A DNA stretch of 63,939 nucleotides, filler included, from Octopus bimaculoides (lineage: Eukaryota), in assembly GCF_001194135.2 (NCBI RefSeq). It is 7 parts of 5 records of this genome, joined end to end, with 100 filler letters (N's around TTAATTAATTAA, not from the genome) between each part and the next. Parts side by side here need not be neighbours in the genome. Positions count along the whole stretch, not along the records: positions 56,554 to 61,257 come from NC_068982.1; positions 61,358 to 63,939 come from NC_068983.1; 5 more parts are not named here. One strand, written 5' to 3'. A program made the position numbers and the translations under genes. Below the pieces are notes generated by a model, which saw nothing but the letters and a program-made list of their open reading frames with translations, ran no database searches and was not told where the DNA came from. Positions within the stretch are counted from its first letter, which is position 1. Each line of letters begins with the position of its first letter. Below, one piece after another: positions 60,069-63,939 of this stretch.

Positions 60069-60629
60069 ACGATCATCACCCAAAATTTACCAATGCTACA
60101 TAAGAATCCCAAATCAAAGGAAATTTTGCGCACACATAAGATCATTAAAAGCCACAAACAACCGAAGTTACTAAAAACGGTCTTCACAAAAGCAAAATTA
60201 TTTTCTAAAATAACGGACGCAAAAGTGAAGAAATGTGGTCGACCAACTTATGCAACATGCCCAAACCTTTAATATAGATCAGATTTCCTTTTCAAAGATG
60301 GACAAAAATTCAAAATCAAATCAGACTTTACTTGTACCTCAGAAAACCTGATTTATGTTGTATGATGCTCGGGCTGCCACCGAAACTACATAGGGTCCAC
60401 GGGATTATTGCTCAGACGTAGATGCACTCTGCACCGACAGCAGATTGCATCCCCAGAATACAGAATGATTCCCTTTAGTGCACACATTGAGAAATGCGCA
60501 AAGCAACTGCTACCACAATTTGTAATCTTTCTATTTTATCAATGTGCCATTGGAACACCAACACAAGTTAGATTAAATAAGGAAACCTACTTCATTGAAA
60601 GCTATTAGCCAAAAATTAACCATTTCTAA
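60069..60629 (+). mobile_element. Penelope-like element linker + GIY-YIG endonuclease (Cys-rich, Neptune-type), decayed
   Basis: One frame with three internal stops: TIITQNLPMLHKNPKSKEIL...KKCGRPTYATCP...FTCTSENLIYVV*CSGCHRNYIGSTG..LRRRCTLHRQQI...KETYFIE. Confidence 0.88.
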
Positions 60630-60883
60630 CAATTTTTAATAAGGAATGTTACCTCTTTGAAAAATATATAAAGCAAAACTTAACCACTTCTAACATTCTA
60701 TTCTTACTATACCAAATCATGTTAAATTAATAAAACCTAGTCATTCCCAACATTTTTTACTATCTCCCTTATACCGAAAAAATCCCTGATTGCTTTCCCC
60801 TGTCTGGAACTCTCATATTTTACTTCAACTGGTTATTTCTATCGCTATTCCTAAACGAAATCATAATGTAAATGTATATGTAT

Positions 60884-60921
<38 letters not shown>

Positions 60922-60924
<3 letters not shown>

Positions 60925-61257
60925 GGCGCATGACTCAGTGGTTAGAGCATCGGGCTCACAATCATGAGGTAGTGAATTCGATACCTGGACAGTGCTGTGT
61001 ATTGTGTTCTTGAACAAGACATTTTATTTCACGTTGCACCAGTTCACTCAGCTGTAGAAATGAGTTGTGATGTAACTGGTGCCAAGCTGTGTCAGCCTCT
61101 GCATTTCCCTTGGATAACATCGGTGGCGTGAAGAAGGAAGGTTGGTATGCATGAGCGACTGCTGGTCTTCCATAAACAGCCTTGCACGGACTTGTGCCTC
61201 GGAGGGTAACATTTTCGGTGCAATCCCATGGTCATTCATGGCTCAAGGGAGTCTTTA
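60922..61257 (+). mobile_element. SINE family D (tRNA head + CORE-like domain), near full-length
   Basis: A box TGACTCAGTGG, B box GAATTCGATACC, CORE-like ttgtgttcttgaacaagacattttatttcacgttgcaccagttcactcagctgtagaaatgag; tail ccatggtcattcatggc. Confidence 0.8.
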
Positions 61258-61357
61258 NNNNNNNNNNNNNNNNNNNNNNNNNNNNNNNNNNNNNNNNNNN
61301 NTTAATTAATTAANNNNNNNNNNNNNNNNNNNNNNNNNNNNNNNNNNNNNNNNNNNN

Positions 61358-61590
61358 TTTGCCTTAATTTCTCTATCTGTGCGTATTGGCATATCCCAGA
61401 GTATGGTTGCTTTCTCGTTTTCTGTGGCCTTTTCTGGCGTGTGTTTATACCATCTTTTTTCTGTTGTTATTCCATAGTGTTGGCATAGTTTCGAGTGTAT
61501 ATAGGTCCCAGCTCTGTCGTGTCTGTGAATATATTCCTTCTTAGCCAGGACTGGGCAGCCAGAGATAATATGTTGTACATTGGTACGATT
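61358..61590 (-). mobile_element. R4-clade LINE RLE fragment
   Basis: QHIISGCPVLAKKEYIHRHDRAGTYIHSKLC...WYKHTPEKATENEKATILWDMPIRTDREIKA. Confidence 0.85.
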
Positions 61591-63905
61591 GCACGATTCC
61601 ACAGGGGGCACAGAAGAATCATTTTTTTCAGAAAGGTCTTCCACACGGCACACACCGTCGACAACAGACCATGCTTTCATGAATGAGACAAGTTTTTAAT
61701 CTACTTCGGTAGGTTTTGTTATTATAGTATACATGAGATTTTCTGACTAATCTGCTTCTGTTTGTAGCAGATGCAGTAAGCCTTTCATTTCAGGTGCTGA
61801 CATAAAGACTAATAAGGTCATGATGGAGTCAGTGAAGAGAATGATTGGACCAGGATAATCTGTACTTCTTATTGAAGGTGCTGAGTGACGAAGGGATGGT
61901 GACATTGTGAGTGATTTGAAAGCGTTAAAATTTTTGAGCGAAATACGAAGAACGTAGTTCATAGATAAGATAAAGCTGATATATTAAAAATACAAAACTT
62001 GGTAACTATTTGACCAGTATGCACTAAAAGGGATATAGATATACTAGACAGCTTTAAGAAGATGAGTCTATGAATATTTTTATATTTACACACACACACA
62101 CATGCATATATATATATATATATATATATACAAGAACTCGAAGAAGCACAAGTATGCCTACATACTTATCTGTGCGTTATGCATGTATTATGTATGTATG
62201 TATGTATGTATGAAAGCAAATAAATGCAGGTAAATGATTGTAATATAAGGAAAAAATGAATGGTAATGTTTGTAAGTTCTGAAATATTTAGGGATGTATG
62301 TGCATATTCTTTATAAATGACCTTTAGGAATCTGTTGCTTGTAAAATATCTCATGCCATCCAGTTTTCCATAATTTACGCTGATATAAGATTTTCCCGAT
62401 ATAAGATTTTAACTTCAGATTTAGCATTCCAATTGAAAGAATAGAAAATTGGATTGGCCTATTATCAACCTCTAAATGTAACTAAAGAAGTTCACTATTA
62501 TATAATGATTTCTAAATTTATCTGATTGAACATTATATCGAACATTGAAAAGGCTTATACCTGGGTGTGAGTGTGTGCGTGTGTGTGTGTGTGTGTATGT
62601 GCGCGCGCGCTCGTGCGTGCGTGCGTGTGTGCGTGTGCGTGTGCGTGTGCGTGTGTGTCTGTGCGCGTGTGTGTGTTATACCTATATATATTTTTCTGGG
62701 AAACATACCAATTAAATTGTCCACTGACAGACAAATATATCAGTTAAGCATATACAACTTAGAAGCCAAATTTGAATTTTATTAATGTAGAGCAATGCAG
62801 CAATATGGTGAACTTTGTTAACTTCAACATTGTTAGGAACGTTTGTTTGTGTTAGGTGTTGGTTAAAATTATAAATTCTTTTCTTAGATTCTGATGATGT
62901 ATTTTCATACGAAGAACATTTAAAAAGAAACTTTAAAGCGAGGTGGTTATATTAACTTTATATGGAGGTGGAAAGCAAATTAAGTATGTAAAATTAGAAA
63001 AAAACACCTCCAATACGAGACGTGCCAGCGTATCTAAACACACATATATATATACACGTACATACTCATTCACATATATTTCATATTTCTTTTACTAAAC
63101 TGGAGCTATGAGTCTCTAATAATTCTTTATAATCATCATGGACGTTTGTGATACGTAATGTCTCTCACAAGAATGGAAACCGCCTGCTTTAAATCATAAT
63201 GTTTTTACTTAATTGATTTTATTTTAAAGTATCTTTCATTTGGTTGATGGATTGAAACTGCTCAAGGAGAGGTATTAAATGGTGTAGTCTTTTCAAGTTG
63301 TTCAGTAGAAAAGAAAAATCATAGCTTGAATGCTGCTGAGATTAAGGTGTCGTCACCTTAAATTTTCATCACACTAACATATTTCAAGACGTCTTTTTTT
63401 CTTTTCCGTGTGGTTCCTTTGATATGCTTCACAACAATTTTATTTAGGAATAGATATAATCTATAATCCATTTACCTACAATAAATCTAATTTCCCTATA
63501 CTTGTTCATGTAAATAATTGTCAAATACAATTTATAAGTGCTTTTTTTTTTCTGTTCCGCTTTTTGTGATATGGTGGAGTTGGTGGAAAGTAAGTTTTGT
63601 GATGTTTCTTAATTAGTTGTCAGATAAAATTGTCGAATTTTGTTATTTTATTAACCACCTCGATTTTTTCAATTTTATAATTAAATTAGAATATATAGAC
63701 GCTGTATTTCGTTGTAAATATGGCTACCAAATGGTTTCCATTGTTATTGTTGATGTTGTTGTTTATAATATTATATACAATATATATGGCTAGAACATTT
63801 TAACAAATACGAAAAATATGTATCTCTTAAACGTTAGGTATGATTGGATAATTCGCGTTGTTCTGTATTAAATTTCATGATCAAAATTCTATGTACATCT
63901 TTTTC

Positions 63906-63939
<34 letters not shown>

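Overview
AT-rich (about 30-35% GC), microsatellite-dense animal genomic DNA with many N gaps. The SINE and LINE families look like those of octopus (coleoid cephalopod); this is recognition from memory, not a database result. Six identical 100-bp spacers (44 N + TTAATTAATTAA + 44 N) show the window is seven separately assembled pieces, so order across them is uncertain. There is no intact full-length protein-coding gene, rRNA, tRNA gene or CRISPR array. Almost all ORF-track entries are translations of microsatellites, N runs or decayed transposons. The interpretable content is mostly transposable elements: four tRNA-derived SINE families (called A-D here); R4/Dong-clade LINEs (one near full-length, 24.0-27.5 kb); RTE, CR1-group and L2 LINE pieces; Penelope-like elements (RT, GIY-YIG, pLTR pieces); two Tc1/mariner relics; and Helitron pieces. 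Best leads: (1) a minimal hammerhead-ribozyme-like motif with a family-wide CUGUUGA core variant in three pLTR-like copies; (2) a phase-consistent run of small + strand exons at 17.4-19.05 kb that the ORF track misses; (3) SINE-LINE 3'-tail pairings visible within the window, with compensatory changes in the tail hairpins; (4) an R4-like family that appears to target (ATAC)n; (5) a CpG-depleted piece at 52.0-56.45 kb, probably a gene body, carrying a young RTE insertion.
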